Positions 39,783 through 52,647 of a stretch of 64,000 nucleotides of DNA are shown here, piece by piece. The notes beneath the pieces were generated by a model that was given only the letters and a program-made list of their open reading frames with translations, made no database searches and was not told the DNA's origin. The number at the start of each line of letters is the position of its first letter. Positions within the stretch are counted from its first letter, which is position 1. Made by a program: the position numbers and the translations under genes. Source of the DNA: Mytilus californianus (lineage: Eukaryota); NCBI RefSeq assembly GCF_021869535.1, contig NW_026262679.1, positions 27,962,001-28,026,000 of the forward strand. Direction: 5' to 3'.

Positions 39783-39834
39783 AAGTAGATGTACTAGCTA
39801 ATTCAACTACATATATAAATAATAGAAATCGTAT
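39783..39834 (-). pseudogene. PAN-FReD gene: signal-peptide-like portion 5' of the transposon
   Basis: Removing 36372-39782 and one TSD copy restores the in-frame peptide IRFLLFIYVVELASTST-CSQN. There is no in-frame ATG nearby: the first codon is ATA, or an upstream exon is spliced at the aaacAG at 39845-39844. Confidence 0.6.
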
Positions 39835-41551
39835 CGAGTGGTGCTGTTTACGCGTAAGATATAAACTAAATGTTTTGTCATCATGTGTCGATTATAAATA
39901 TTAGATACAGTCAATATTAAGGAGCCCATTGTCATTGTTACAAAATTAAACATTAAACAGGCATTAATTGAAGATTTGATAAAATCGCATTAAATTGGGT
40001 TATTTTTACTACGCCTGACTGTCCATAATAGGATATTTTTTAGCAAAATATGCCCGTGAAAACGATTTTGGTTTCAATATATTTTAATTAAATTGTTTTG
40101 ATAACTTTCAATTACATATAACCACTTGAGAAAATTAATAAAAATAGTTCATCACTATCTTGTAAAAATAACTCATAATAGTTTAATGACATCGAATAAT
40201 TAAAAATCAAAGCTTTTGTTCTAAACATTTATGAACTATAAAAATTAAAATGAAATAATAACAAAGGCTTTGTCAATAACCTAATGTGTTTTATTAAATT
40301 GTTTATCTAGTTCTGACGTTGATTTTTTTCTCTCTCAAATAAATCAACAATGAACATATTTTTTTTTGATATACGAGATTATTGACTTGATCGTAGTATC
40401 TAATGTTATGTCCCAGTTTTAAGCTAATGTCCAACTTATGTTTTGGGTGTAGGTTTGTTTTGTGGTAGAGCAATGAGCAAGCGTGACAGACAGATGCGAG
40501 GTGGCTTTGACTTTGTGATTTCCAGCTGTGACAAGATATTTATCTTGTTGACAAGAGTCTTTTGACAGGCCTGAAAATAGTCAAATCTGTTTTACTGAGA
40601 ATAGTCTTTATTAACTGCAGTCTAATTTTAAAGTGTACATAATAACAATATTACATAATAAAATATAAAGCATAATAATGCAGTCAATAAATCAGATACA
40701 ATAACAAATGATGGATTATTCATACTTAAGTTAAGAACTGTGAAGTTTCTTGCTTTTTTCACCTTGAACGGTGTAAACTCTAGAGCGTTTGAATGGTTTC
40801 TGAATTGTGCAACCAGATATGCATGGAATTTGCAGTAAACAATTAAACAACTTATAAACTTTTCATTTGTACTATAACTCTTTTGTATACCATGGTCTAA
40901 CACTATATTTGAAATATATTAGCAAACATAATAGCAAAATCAAGAGTAATTGTTCTATTTTTTGTTTTGGTTTCAGCAAAATTTCTTTTCATAGATCTAT
41001 ATTTACTACTTTTCGGCTTTTTTCCTTTTGATTTATTAATTCAGTCCAAAAGTGTTTTAGAAATCAGATACACGTACCTCGTTATGAAACATGAATAGCA
41101 CTAACGAACCAATCAAGATGCTGTTCTACTTCACTTAATGAAACTTTTAAGCTTCTGGATAAATAGTTGTATTCTCAGGACGATACTGTGATTAGAAGAT
41201 ACCCTGTTTTGAACTGAGTCGGAAATGTTTAGCTCATAAGGTACATTGTAATATTTACTAGGAAAATATTTCAATGGTTTAGTCTTGATTCAGAGCCGTA
41301 CTTATAACTATAAATTGATCATGTTTTTCCTTTTTTTTTCCCCAAATGATGTTGTCAGTGCAATAGTTTGAATATTATCAAAACTGCGATACCTGAAAGA
41401 AATAATAATTAGAATACGAAAGGCTGGTCCAAATTTAAGTGGACATGTTGCATAAAATTCACAGTATTCGTATCTTGCTAATCTATGATAAATTTCATGC
41501 TTATTTGAGAGTTTAATTTTCAGATAGTTAACAAACATAAGACCTTATATG

Positions 41552-42390
41552 AAAATAAGAAGATGGGGTATGATTGCCAATGAGACAACTTTCCATCAGA
41601 GACATAGAAGCTTACAACTATAGGCCAGCATACGGTCTTCAACAATGACCAAAACCCATACCGAATATAGAAGTTATAAAAGGTCATGACATGACATATG
41701 TAAAACAATTCAAATGAGAAAACTGACGGTCTGATTTATGTACAAAATGAATAACAAATATGATATACAGCAGCAAACAACAACCACTGAATTAAAGGCT
41801 CCTGACTTGGGAAAGGCTCATACAGAAAGTGACGGGGTCAAACATGTTGTGGGTTTCCCAACCCTACCCCTAACCTTGGATAGTGGTGCAACGGCACAAC
41901 ACAATAACAAACTGTACAAAACAATAAGCGAAAAAATATGAAAAACTGCAACAAAAGACAACCATTGAATTACATGTTGCCGACTTGGGAAAGGCACATA
42001 AAGAAAGTGGCGGGGTCAAACATGTTTTGGGTTTCCAACCCTACCCCTAACCTGGGATAGTGGTGTAACAGCACAACACAATAACAAACTGTAGAAAACA
42101 ATAAACGAAAAAATATGAAAAACAGCAACAAAATGCAACCACTGAATTACAGGTTCCTGACTTTCGGCAGACACATACAGAATGTGGCGGGGTTAACCAT
42201 GATTACGAGCACCCAATTTCCCCTGACCTGTGATAGTGATGTTACTGCACAACATAAGAACAAACTATAAAAATCAGTTGAAAAAGGCTTATAATTCATC
42301 AGATCGGCACAAAACAAGCAAACACAACTAACGAAAGGAGTTTTTAAAACACACAATACAGATCTGGGAGTACTCGCAGTCACTGAAAGC
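41552..42390 (-). mobile_element. Family-B repeat copy with an internal triplication of its 3' module
   Basis: The caaccactgaattac...gacttggg...ggggtcaaacatg module recurs at about 41780, 41960 and 42140. Confidence 0.65.
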
Positions 42391-42835
42391 TATATCAAAG
42401 CTTACTTATTAATAAAAAAAATGATGTCGTATTTGTTATCTGATTTGCTTTATCTTGTATGCAAATATGACAAAAATTGGTACGCAAGTAAACGGATTTT
42501 CAGATATGGCGAACATGAATTTATTCGGTCTGCTCACAATTTTCCTGATTTATGTCTCGAGATCAACATTTACAACATTACATTAAATAAGCCAAAAAAA
42601 GATAAAACCACGATCAAAAGACAGACAACAGTATACAAAGTTTCCAAATTTCGATGGTACGAAAACAAAGTGTTCATAGTGGTTATTGTTCGTGAGATTG
42701 TATCTTCAGTTTGTTTGAAGAAATAAAATTAGTCATATCAACTATAAAATGGGTATGACATTAAGTACAATTTGTAGTTGTGGCCATTAGAATAACCATA
42801 TTTATATCTATTTATTAACAGCCAGTTAATGTTAA

Positions 42836-43455
42836 GGGCATACGATACAGTTACAGGGGAAGTAATGACGTTGCTAACGTAAATTGTTATTTTCGCGACG
42901 TCAAACTGTGACTTATCGGGAAAAGATGCAGTTTTCGACTGATTTTTATCATTCAAACTGATTTAACTTGAAAACGAGTTCATGGACCCTTCTTTTTTAA
43001 AATGACATTTGGTTTGGTTACGTATGAAGATTATGTGTACCAATTTTCATGAAAAAGTCAATAGTGCAATTATTTTAAATTTGATAAATATACAACAAAA
43101 AATGACGTTTTTTTTCTACATTCATGAACATTTGATAAATATGAGTTATTTGTAAAAATAAAATGTACAAATTTATAGGACATTTATATAAAACAGAAAT
43201 TACAAATAATTTAACAAAAAACAGCTTGTGTTTATCTTTTAAAACAAAAAAGTTATGTATTTCTGTCGAAAGGAAAAATATGTCCACAAATCCGAATTTT
43301 AAGGAAATATCTGAAATTTCAACCTCAATTTACTCAAAAAGTAGCACATGATGGTATATTTTTTATTGCATATTTGATTTAATCAGGTAAAAAATAGCCT
43401 ATATGCAAATTTTCATCAAAATTTCATTACGGGATCAAAACTGTATTGTATGCCC
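42836..43455. mobile_element. 620-bp MITE with TTAA TSD and GG termini (Kolobok-type)
   Basis: TTAA at 42832-42835 and 43456-43459. TIRs GGGCATACGATACAG and CTGTATTGTATGCCC match at 14/15. Confidence 0.8.
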
Positions 43456-44539
43456 TTAATCTTTACTAGACACGGTGATTGTATGAAGTGGGATAAAATC
43501 AAAGTTTTGAAATCTTTTAAATATATTCCTATGCAAAAAAAGGTTTTCTTATATGATGTTTTATGCATAAACTGCATTTACCACAGGATTGTCACTGCCT
43601 TTCATTTGACAGTCGACAGCTGTAAGAAGTGCATACATGTATATTATTTGCAACCTAAACCTAAATCTGTAAAATATTTATCTTTGTAATAAAAAACATT
43701 TGATTTACGCATTAATATATAGTGATTTGTGTGACTTAACGTTTGAAATTTAGGTAGGTGGGTGATGCCTCATTACGCAATCACTGAACACATACACGCA
43801 CATACACACACCGTTACTTACAAAATTATCATATAAATTACATGTAATAAACAACCGTGAATTTTACGTTTAAAATTTCAAGTTTTGTACCATTTCCTTA
43901 TGTTCAATCCGTCTCAAAATCTGGTACCTTAATTTCACCTTTTAATAGTGTAAATCCTAACTATTTACTTCACGTTATATATTCGACTGATTCGTTTAAA
44001 GACCGAGAAATTATTACGTTTATTACTAATGTCACTCTGGTCTACAAAAAATGCGTAACAATATCTCCTCCGAAACTTTGTTGCGAAGAGGGTTATAAAA
44101 TGGAGAGACATATAAAAAGACATTCCAAATATAAGATAACTGATCATATAATTGATTAATTAAAAAAAAAGGATTTGGTTGTAAATTGATTTCATTTTTT
44201 TCTTGCAGGTTTATACATTTCAATGTGATTTTTTTTATAAATACATGTTATCAGTATTATAATGAAAGACCCAAGAAGTGAATGAAATGTGTGGAACAGA
44301 TAAGCGGCAGTATTCAACCCACCGTTGTGTCTACCGTTGCTAGATTCCTGTAGTAGCGAGCACATTTTGACCCTGCTTTCAAACTTGCGTGCCTTCTTTT
44401 ATTTCCTTGATCAAGTTAGTGGTCATTCTATTGAAAGCTCCACTTTGAAGGTTAGTTGTTGTGTATTTTTATTTTACGATGGGCAAAGGTAAAGGTTTGT
44501 TCCAACGTTAAACTGGTTTAAACCCACCACATTTTGTGG

Positions 44540-45197
44540 CATACCAAGTCAGGCTCTCTGGACCATGTGTTGTTCATTGATGTTTGTCTTTGGTTGTGAC
44601 ATACCAAGTCAGGCTCTCTGGACCATGTGTTGTTCATTGATGTTTGTCTTTGGTTGTGACATACCAAGTCAGGCTCTCTGGACCATGTGTTGTTCATTGA
44701 TGTTTGTCTTTGGTTGTGACATACCAAGTCTGGCTCTCTGGACCATGTGTTGTTCATTGATGTTTGTCTTTGGTTGTGACATACCAAGTCAGGCTCTCTG
44801 GACCATGTGTTGTTCATTGATGTTTGTCTTTGGTTGTGACATACCAAGTCAGGCTCTCTGGACCATGTGTTGTTCATTGATGTTTGTCTTTGGTTGTGAC
44901 ATACCAAGTCAGGCTCTCTGGACCATGTGTTGTTCATTGATGTTTGTCTTTGGTTGTGACATACCAAGTCAGGCTCTCTGGACCATGTGTTGTTCATTGA
45001 TGTTTGTCTTTGGTTGTGACATACCAAGTCAGGCTCTCTGGACCATGTGTTGTTCATTGATGTTTGTCTTTGGTTGTGACATACCAAGTCAGGCTCTCTG
45101 GACCATGTGTTGTTCATTGATGTTTGTCTTTGGTTGTGACATACCAAGTCAGGCTCTCTGGACCATGTGTTGTTCATTGATGTTTGTCGTTGGTTGT
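44540..45197. repeat. 60-bp tandem repeat, 11 nearly identical copies
   Basis: Unit cataccaagtcaggctctctggaccatgtgttgttcattgatgtttgtctttggttgtga. There is one internal variant (a>t at 44731) and one in the last copy. Confidence 0.97.
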
Positions 45198-45821
45198 TCG
45201 TCTCGTTCTTTTTAAGTGTTTGTAGTTAGTATGATTTGTTGTGCTGTCCAATATTTTTGGTTATTCCTGTTATTTTGTTTATGTATTATTGAATTGGCGA
45301 ACTAAAAGTGTAGCTCAACCTATCATACACATTGGTAGAGTTGACAACGTAAATTAGGTAAATACCAAATTCTTAATTTCTGTCGAGCATACAGTCTGTC
45401 CTTCCTTCTTTTCTTTCGTCTGCATCCTTGCAACGACTGAAATTTGCCATTACAAGTATCCTTCTATTTTTGCAGTAGTACTATGATCATAATATATGTC
45501 CAGGTTAATCTGCATTATGCTGGTACATGTATATGATAGCTACTTGTAAACATGAAAGGACGAATAATTGATAGTTTCATGATGATGATATCACGTTATT
45601 TGGCTTTTTTTAATACAAATTCATTAAATTAGATATTTTACTTTGCTGTTAGATTAGTTTGTCACACGAGCGACAAGAATATTTAACGAAACAAAATGAA
45701 AGATCTGATTTTAATGAGAGTGTGAATATAAGCATAGACAATCAAGAACACATAAAAACCACAAAATATAGTTACATTTCACACTTTTTAAATTTAGGAA
45801 ATGAGTCCCTTGGAATATACA

Positions 45822-48800
45822 ACATTGTGGCCATCGTCATATAGATCGACAAGAGGTACACTGTGACCATCGCCATATAGAATGACATGAGGTACACTGT
45901 GACCAACGTCATATAGATTGACATGAGGTACACTGTGGCCGTCGCCATATAGATTGACATGAGGTACACTGTGACCATCGCCATATAGAATGACATGAGG
46001 TACACTGTGACCAACGTCATATAGATTGGCATGAGGTACACTGTGGCCGTCGCCATAAAGATTGACATGAGGTACACTGTGACCATCGCCATATAGATTG
46101 ACATTAGGTAAACTGTGACCATCGCCATATAGATTGACATAAGGTACACTGTGACCATCGCCATTTGGATTGACATGAGGTACAATATGGTCATCGCCAT
46201 ATAGATTGGCATGAAGTACACTGTAGCTGTCTCCATATAGATTGGCATGAAGTACAATATGAGCATCGCCATAAAGATTGGCATGAGGTACATTGTGGCG
46301 GTCGCCATATAGATTGCCATGAGGTACACTGTAACAATCGCCATATAGATTGACATGAGGTACACTGTGACCGTCGCTTTAAAGATTGGCATGATGTAAA
46401 CTGTGACCATCGTCATATAGATCGATATAAGGTACACTGCGACAATCGCCATATTGATTGACATGAGGTAAACTGTGGCCGTAGCCATTTAGATTGACAT
46501 GAGGTACACTGTGACCATCGCCATATAGAATGACATGTGGTACACTGTGACCAACGTCATATAGATTGGCATGAGGTACACTGTGGCCGTCGCCATAAAG
46601 ATTGACATGAGGTACACTGTGACCATCGCCATATAGATTGACATTAGGTAAACTGTGACCATCGCCATATAGATTGACATAAGGTACACTGTGACCAGCG
46701 CCATATAGAATGACATGAGGTACACTGTGACCAACGTCATATAGATTGACATGAGGTACACTGTGGCCGTCGCCATATAGATTGACATGAGGTACACTGT
46801 GACCATCGCCATATAGAATGACATGAGGTACACTGTAACCAACGTCATATAGATTAGCATGAGGTACACTGTGGCCGTCGCCATATAGATTGACATGAAG
46901 TACACTGTGACCATCGCCATATAGATTGACATTAGGTAAACTATGACCGTCGCCATATAGATTGACATAAGGCACACTACGACCATCGCCATATAGATTG
47001 ACATAAGGTACACTGGGACTATCGCCATATAGATTGACATGAGGTAAACTGTAACCATCGTCATATAGATCAATTTGAGGTACACTGCAACAATCGCCAA
47101 ATAGATTGACATGAAATAAACTGTGGACGTCGTCATTTAGATGACATGAGGTACAATGTGTTCATCGCCATATAGATTGGCATGACGTACACTTTGACCA
47201 TCGCCATATGGATTGGCATGAGGTAAACTGTGGTAGTCGCCATTTAGATTGACATGAGGTACACTGTGACCATCGCCATATAGACTGACATGAGGTACAC
47301 TGTGAGCATCGCCATATAGATTGGCATGATGTAAACAGTGACCATCGTCATATAGATCGATATAAGGTACACTACGACAATCGCCATATTGATTGACATG
47401 AGGTAAACTGTGGCCATCGCCATTTGGATTGACATGAGGTACAATATGGTCATCGCCATATAGATTGGCATGAAGTACACTGTAGCTGTCTCCATATAGA
47501 TTGGCATGAAGTACAATATGAGCATCGCCATAAAGATTGACATGAGGTACACTGCGACCATCGCCATATAGATTGACATAAGGTACACTGTGACTATCGC
47601 CATATAGATTGGCATGAGGTACACTGTGACCATCGCCATAAAGATTGACATGAGGCACACTACGACCATCGCCATATAGATTGACATGAGGTACACTGTG
47701 ACCATCGCCATATAGATTGGCATGAGGTACACTGTGGCCGTCGCCATATAGATTGCCATGAGGTACACTGTAACAATCGCCATATAGATTGACATGAGGT
47801 ACACTGTGACCGTCGCTTTAAAGATTGGCATGAGGTACACTGTGGCCGTCGCCATATAGATTGCCATGAGGTACACTGTAACAATCGCCATATAGATTGA
47901 CATGACGTACACTTTGACCATCGCCATATGGATTGGCATGAGGTAAACTGTGGTAGTCGCCATTTAGATTGACATGAGGTACACTGTGACCATCGCCATA
48001 TAGACTGACATGAGGTACACTGTGAGCATCGCCATATAGATTGGCATGATGTAAACTGTGACCATCGTCATATTGATCGATATAAGGTACACTGCGACAA
48101 TCGCCATATTGATTGACATGAGGTAAACTGTGGCCGTCTCCATTTAGATTGACATGAGATACAATATGGTCATCGCCATATAGATTGGCATAAAGTACAC
48201 TGTAGCCGTCTCCATATAGATTGGCATGAAGTACAATGTGAGCATCGCCATAAAGATTGACATGAGGTACACTGCGACCATCGCCATATAGATTGACATA
48301 AGGTACACTGTGACTATCGCCATATAGATTGACATAAGGTACACTGGGACCATCGCCATATAGATTGACATTAGGTAAACTGTGACCTTCGCCATAGACA
48401 TTGACATGAGGTACACTGTGATCATCGCCATATAGATTGACATCATGTAAACTGTAGCCGTCGCCATTTAGATTGACATGAGGTACAATGTGGTTGGTCA
48501 TCACCAAATAGATTTGCATTAGATTCATTGTGGCCGTCGCCATTTACCTTGAAATTATGTACACTGTGGCCGTCGCCATATAGATTGACATGAGGTAAAC
48601 TGTGGTCGTCGCCATATAGATTGACATGAGGTACACAGTTGCCGTCTATATTTAGATTGACATGAGGTCCAATGTGGTCATTGCCATATAGGTTGGCATG
48701 AGGTATCCTGCGGCCGTCGCCATATAAATTGGCATGAAGTACTGTGTGTTTTGCTATGTGTTTGTTTACTAGTATTCTACATTTGCTAGAGGTATAGGGG

Positions 48801-49866
48801 AGGGTTGAGATCTCACAAAACATGTTTAACCCTGCCGCATTTTTGCGCCTGTCCCAAGTCAGGAGCCTCTGGCCTTTGTTAGTCTTGTATGTTTTTTTAA
48901 TTTTAGTTCATTTATATGTTTCGGATTTTAGTGTGACGTCCATTTTCACTCAACTAGTACACATTTTTGTTTAGGGGCCAGCTGAAGCACGCCTCCGGGT
49001 GCGGGATTTTCTCGCTGTGTTGAAGACCCATTGGTGGCCTTGGGCTGTTTTCTGCTCTTTGGTCGGGTTGTTGTCTCTTTGACACATTCCCCGTTTCCAT
49101 TCTCAATTTTATGAAGTACACTGTGGCCGTCGCCATATGGATTGACATGAGGTACACTGTGGTTGTCGCCATTTAGATTGACATGAGGTACAATGTGGTC
49201 TTCGCCATATGGATTGACATGAGGTACACTGCGGTCGTCGCCATATAGATTGACATGAGGTTAACTGTGGCCGTCGTCATATAGATTGACATGAGGTACA
49301 CTGTGGCCGTCGCCATATAGATTGACATGAGGTACACTGTGGCCGTCGCCATATAGATTGACATGAGGTACACTGTGGCCGTCGCCATATAGATTGACAT
49401 GAGGTACACTGTGGCCGTCGCCATATGGATTGACATGAGGTACACTGTGGTCGTCGCCATTTAGATTGACATGAGGTACAATGTGTTCTTCGCCATATAG
49501 ATTGACATGAGGTACACTGCGGTCGTCGCCATATAGATTGACATGAGGTACACTGTGATCGTCGCCATTTAGATTGACATGAGGTACAATGTGGTCTTCG
49601 CCATATAGATTGACATAAGGTACACTGCGGTCGTCGCCATATAGATTGACATGAGGTAAACTGTGGCCGTCGTCATATAGATTGACATGAGGTACACTGT
49701 GGCCGTCGCCATATAGATTGACATGAGGTACACTGTGGCCGTCGCCATATAGATTGACATGAGGTACACTGTGGCCGTCGTCATATAGATTGGCATGAGG
49801 TACACTGTGGTCGTCGCAATTTAGATTAACATCAGGTACACTGTGGCCGTCGCCATATAGATTGAC
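45822..49866. repeat. 36-bp minisatellite, roughly 100 units, interrupted by a retroelement
   Basis: Consensus gattgacatgaggtacactgtgaccatcgccatata. It explains the MAMVTVYLMSIY and VPHVNLYGDGHS repeat ORFs on the minus strand. Confidence 0.97.
48743..49110 (+). mobile_element. 5'-truncated copy of the 4110-5135 retroelement 3' UTR (family A) inside the minisatellite
   Basis: 9-bp TSD ATGAAGTAC at 48734-48742 and 49111-49119; same 3' end (ccattctcaatttt) as at 5135. Confidence 0.85.
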
Positions 49867-50109
49867 AGGAGGGGGGTCAATTTTTTCTTCGTTTATTTCT
49901 AACTTGAGCCTATTCTTTAAGTCTGTTAATCTTCTCGTTCTAATTATCGCAGCTTCATGTGTATCCTTTAAGTTTCTAATACTGTAAAATTGATATTTTG
50001 GGAGGAGTTATTTTTTTCCAATTTCGCAGTAAAGATAAAATCGTAAAAATATTTCTTCGTCTTAATCTGAATAATGGCAGATTTAAATCTGAGACAACAA
50101 AAAAAAACC

Positions 50110-50300
50110 GAATAGTTTGGACCCCCTTTATTCATGTGGACTTAAATGACTTACCAGATGCCGTATTGTCTCGAGTGAGTTTATTAACGGATGATTGCCT
50201 CTATTACCGTCCAATAAGAAACCAACAACATAACTTCACTATTCAGAACCATCTTTATAACTCGAGAAGTGAGCAACATCATGTGAAATGAGTTTTAATG
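50110..50300 (+). mobile_element. Short degenerate LINE RT fragment
   Basis: VDLNDLPDAVLSRVSLLTDDCLYYRPI resembles the INDLP...LFADD catalytic segment of CR1/L2-type RTs, with the motif decayed. Confidence 0.6.
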
Positions 50301-50569
50301 CAACCCAATGTTTATCCTTAATGTAAAGAAAATACCAGTTTTCTATTACGAGCTTATAAGAACCGTATCCATATAAGAAGAACACCCCCCCCCCCCCGGG
50401 CTGTCTATATCTTACGATTTGAAAAGGACAACGTTGTTAACCAACAAGTTTAGAACGGATAAACAAAGCTATGTAAAACAGCCTCATGTACAAGGAGTTA
50501 TCCGTAGAGTCCTTAAGACAAAACCAAGCCAATTAGAAATATCGACTTATTCTTATAATTTAACATTGA

Positions 50570-51797
50570 CAAAACAGAGAGAAAAAGTTCAATGGTAAAG
50601 AGTTCATTTCATTAGTGGGATTATAAATCTAGAGATCATGTTTGCTTTACACTAATGCTTAACAAACTCGAAATACCTCTATTAAAACTTTTTTTCTATG
50701 ACAACAATGAACTTCAAATAGTTGATTCGTACGTTTACCTCGGAATATTATAGCATTCTAATGGCAAATTTCTACAAACAGAGAAACGTCTAGCTCAGCA
50801 AGGATCCAAAGCCTTATCACCACTAATGAATACTCTGAAAAATGTTAACATATCAACTGATCAATGCTGTATTTTATTTGACAGTATGGTTGGTTCCGTT
50901 CTTAGTTATGCATCAGAAATATGGGGCTTTCATCGTGCTCGTCATATTGAATTAATTTATAACCGTTTTTGTAGATTTCTTGTCAAGGTTGGTATAAATG
51001 TACCTATTACTTTTCTATGTGGTGAACTTGGGCATTTGCCTATGTTCGTTTCAAGCGTATTAGAATTTTAAAATATTGGTTTCATATTATATTGAAAAAA
51101 CCAAGTGTTGTTTACGATGTTTACATGCGTCTGTATAAAGATGTTAATAACGGTAAAACAAATTGGGTTTTTGTGTACGGGATTTATTATCTAATCTTGG
51201 CCTGAACTTTGTTTGGATTTCACAGGATGTAACTAATCATGTAGTTTTTGATATTATTAAAAAACGTATTACTGATAAATTTTAACAAGAGGGGTCAGCA
51301 TCTTTATATGATTGTGAAAAACTTTGTAGAAGAATCAAGACAGATTTTTGTCTTGAAAATTATTTTAATTTCTTTTGTGATGTTAGATTACTTACAAAAC
51401 TACGTAGTTGGACTCTTCAATTAAATATCAAAGTTGGTAGATATACCAATACTCAAGAGAATTACGATTATGTCTTTGCTTTAATATGAACGATGTTGAA
51501 GACGAATATCATTTTGTTTTAGTTTGTCCTGTATATAGACCTGTAAGGTTACATTATTTACCAAAATACTACTGTTCTTGGCCAAATATCTATAAGCTAG
51601 ATCAATTGTTAAAAGCTGCCAACAAAACTCTGACTATAAAACTATGTAATTATCTAAAGGCAGCATGGAAAATGAGATGTCAATTATGTGTGTTGTTTTC
51701 TGCTGTTTATCAGTGTCATATTTGTAAAATATGTTTTGATTGCCATAGCATGTATATGCTTTTTGTAAATAAACTCATTCATTCATTCATTCATTTA
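50570..51797 (+). mobile_element. Degenerate 5'-truncated LINE (CR1/L2-group) ORF2 C-terminus with a (CATT)n tail
   Basis: Peptides VDSYVYLGI, LFDSMVGSVLSYASEIWG, GELG and C...DVEDEYHFVLVCPVY are spread over several frames with stops. The 3' end is aataaa followed by (catt)n at about 51768-51797. Confidence 0.8.
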
Positions 51798-52416
51798 AAA
51801 CAAATCAAAATGTCGTTAATGTTCATAATGGTTGATGTTTGTTGCCAGTGATAACCATTTTAACTTCCGATTACTATAATTTAGAAATTTTAACGAGCAT
51901 TTGTGATTGCGATTGTTGAAGTCTGAACTTCAACAATGGACAAAAATGCGCTTTCAGGAAATGCTGCATATAAATATTTAAAATAAGCGGATTTTTCCTT
52001 CGGGAAAAGTTTAATAAGACTTTTTATTTCTGTGAAACTCTGTCATCCCGTTGTAATTTACGCAATAATAAAAACCTCGTAAAAATTTCTAGTATTTTGG
52101 ATAAGTTCAAAACAAACTTAAAATAAGAACTACACGTCATATATATATTGACTTTGAAATCAGGAAGTGTATCGTCATACGAACGTAACAACAAGTGTTA
52201 CACTATAAAACTCTATACAAAAACTCTTACTTTAATAAGAGTACATAGGACTGGGTACGTCTAAACACTGCTCAGGACCTCCTGAGTGCACTCAGGACAT
52301 AAAAAGTGCACTCAGGACTCTTTATAGTCATCGTATATGCACACAGGACTGGGACCAGCCAGAAGACGTCCGTGTCACGGCCGTAAAGGCTTTACGGGCT
52401 CACCTCTCATGATTAA

Positions 52417-52647
52417 GGCCGCGTTCACACTGCCCATATGAAACATGCTTTGTGTACACAAGTTGTATTTTTTAATTTTGGAAATAAAAACTTATCAATT
52501 GCTTGACGTACATTTAATTCTATATTCAAAAGTTAATCATTAGCTGCAAGTGTTTTCAAAATTAACGTGGCATTTATTTATAATTAACGTTCAAAAGTTC
52601 AATTACACTTGTTTCAAACTTGTTTAAGCTTCAGTGTGAACACGCTT
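52417..52647. mobile_element. Possible PIF/Harbinger-type MITE
   Basis: TAA on both sides (52414-52416 and 52648-52650). TIRs ggccgcgttcacactg and cagtgtgaacacgctt, with the outer part of the right TIR degenerate. Confidence 0.45.

Noticed and set aside
44518-45215. 219-aa and 216-aa repeat ORFs, and a possible CRISPR-like array
   Set aside because: Both ORFs are by-products of a stop-free 60-bp unit. There are no unique spacers, no cas genes, and the context is eukaryotic.
45772-49805. Met-rich (MAMVTVYLMSIY)n ORFs as membrane proteins
   Set aside because: They are an alternative frame of the 36-bp minisatellite and are repeatedly broken by TAA in variant units.
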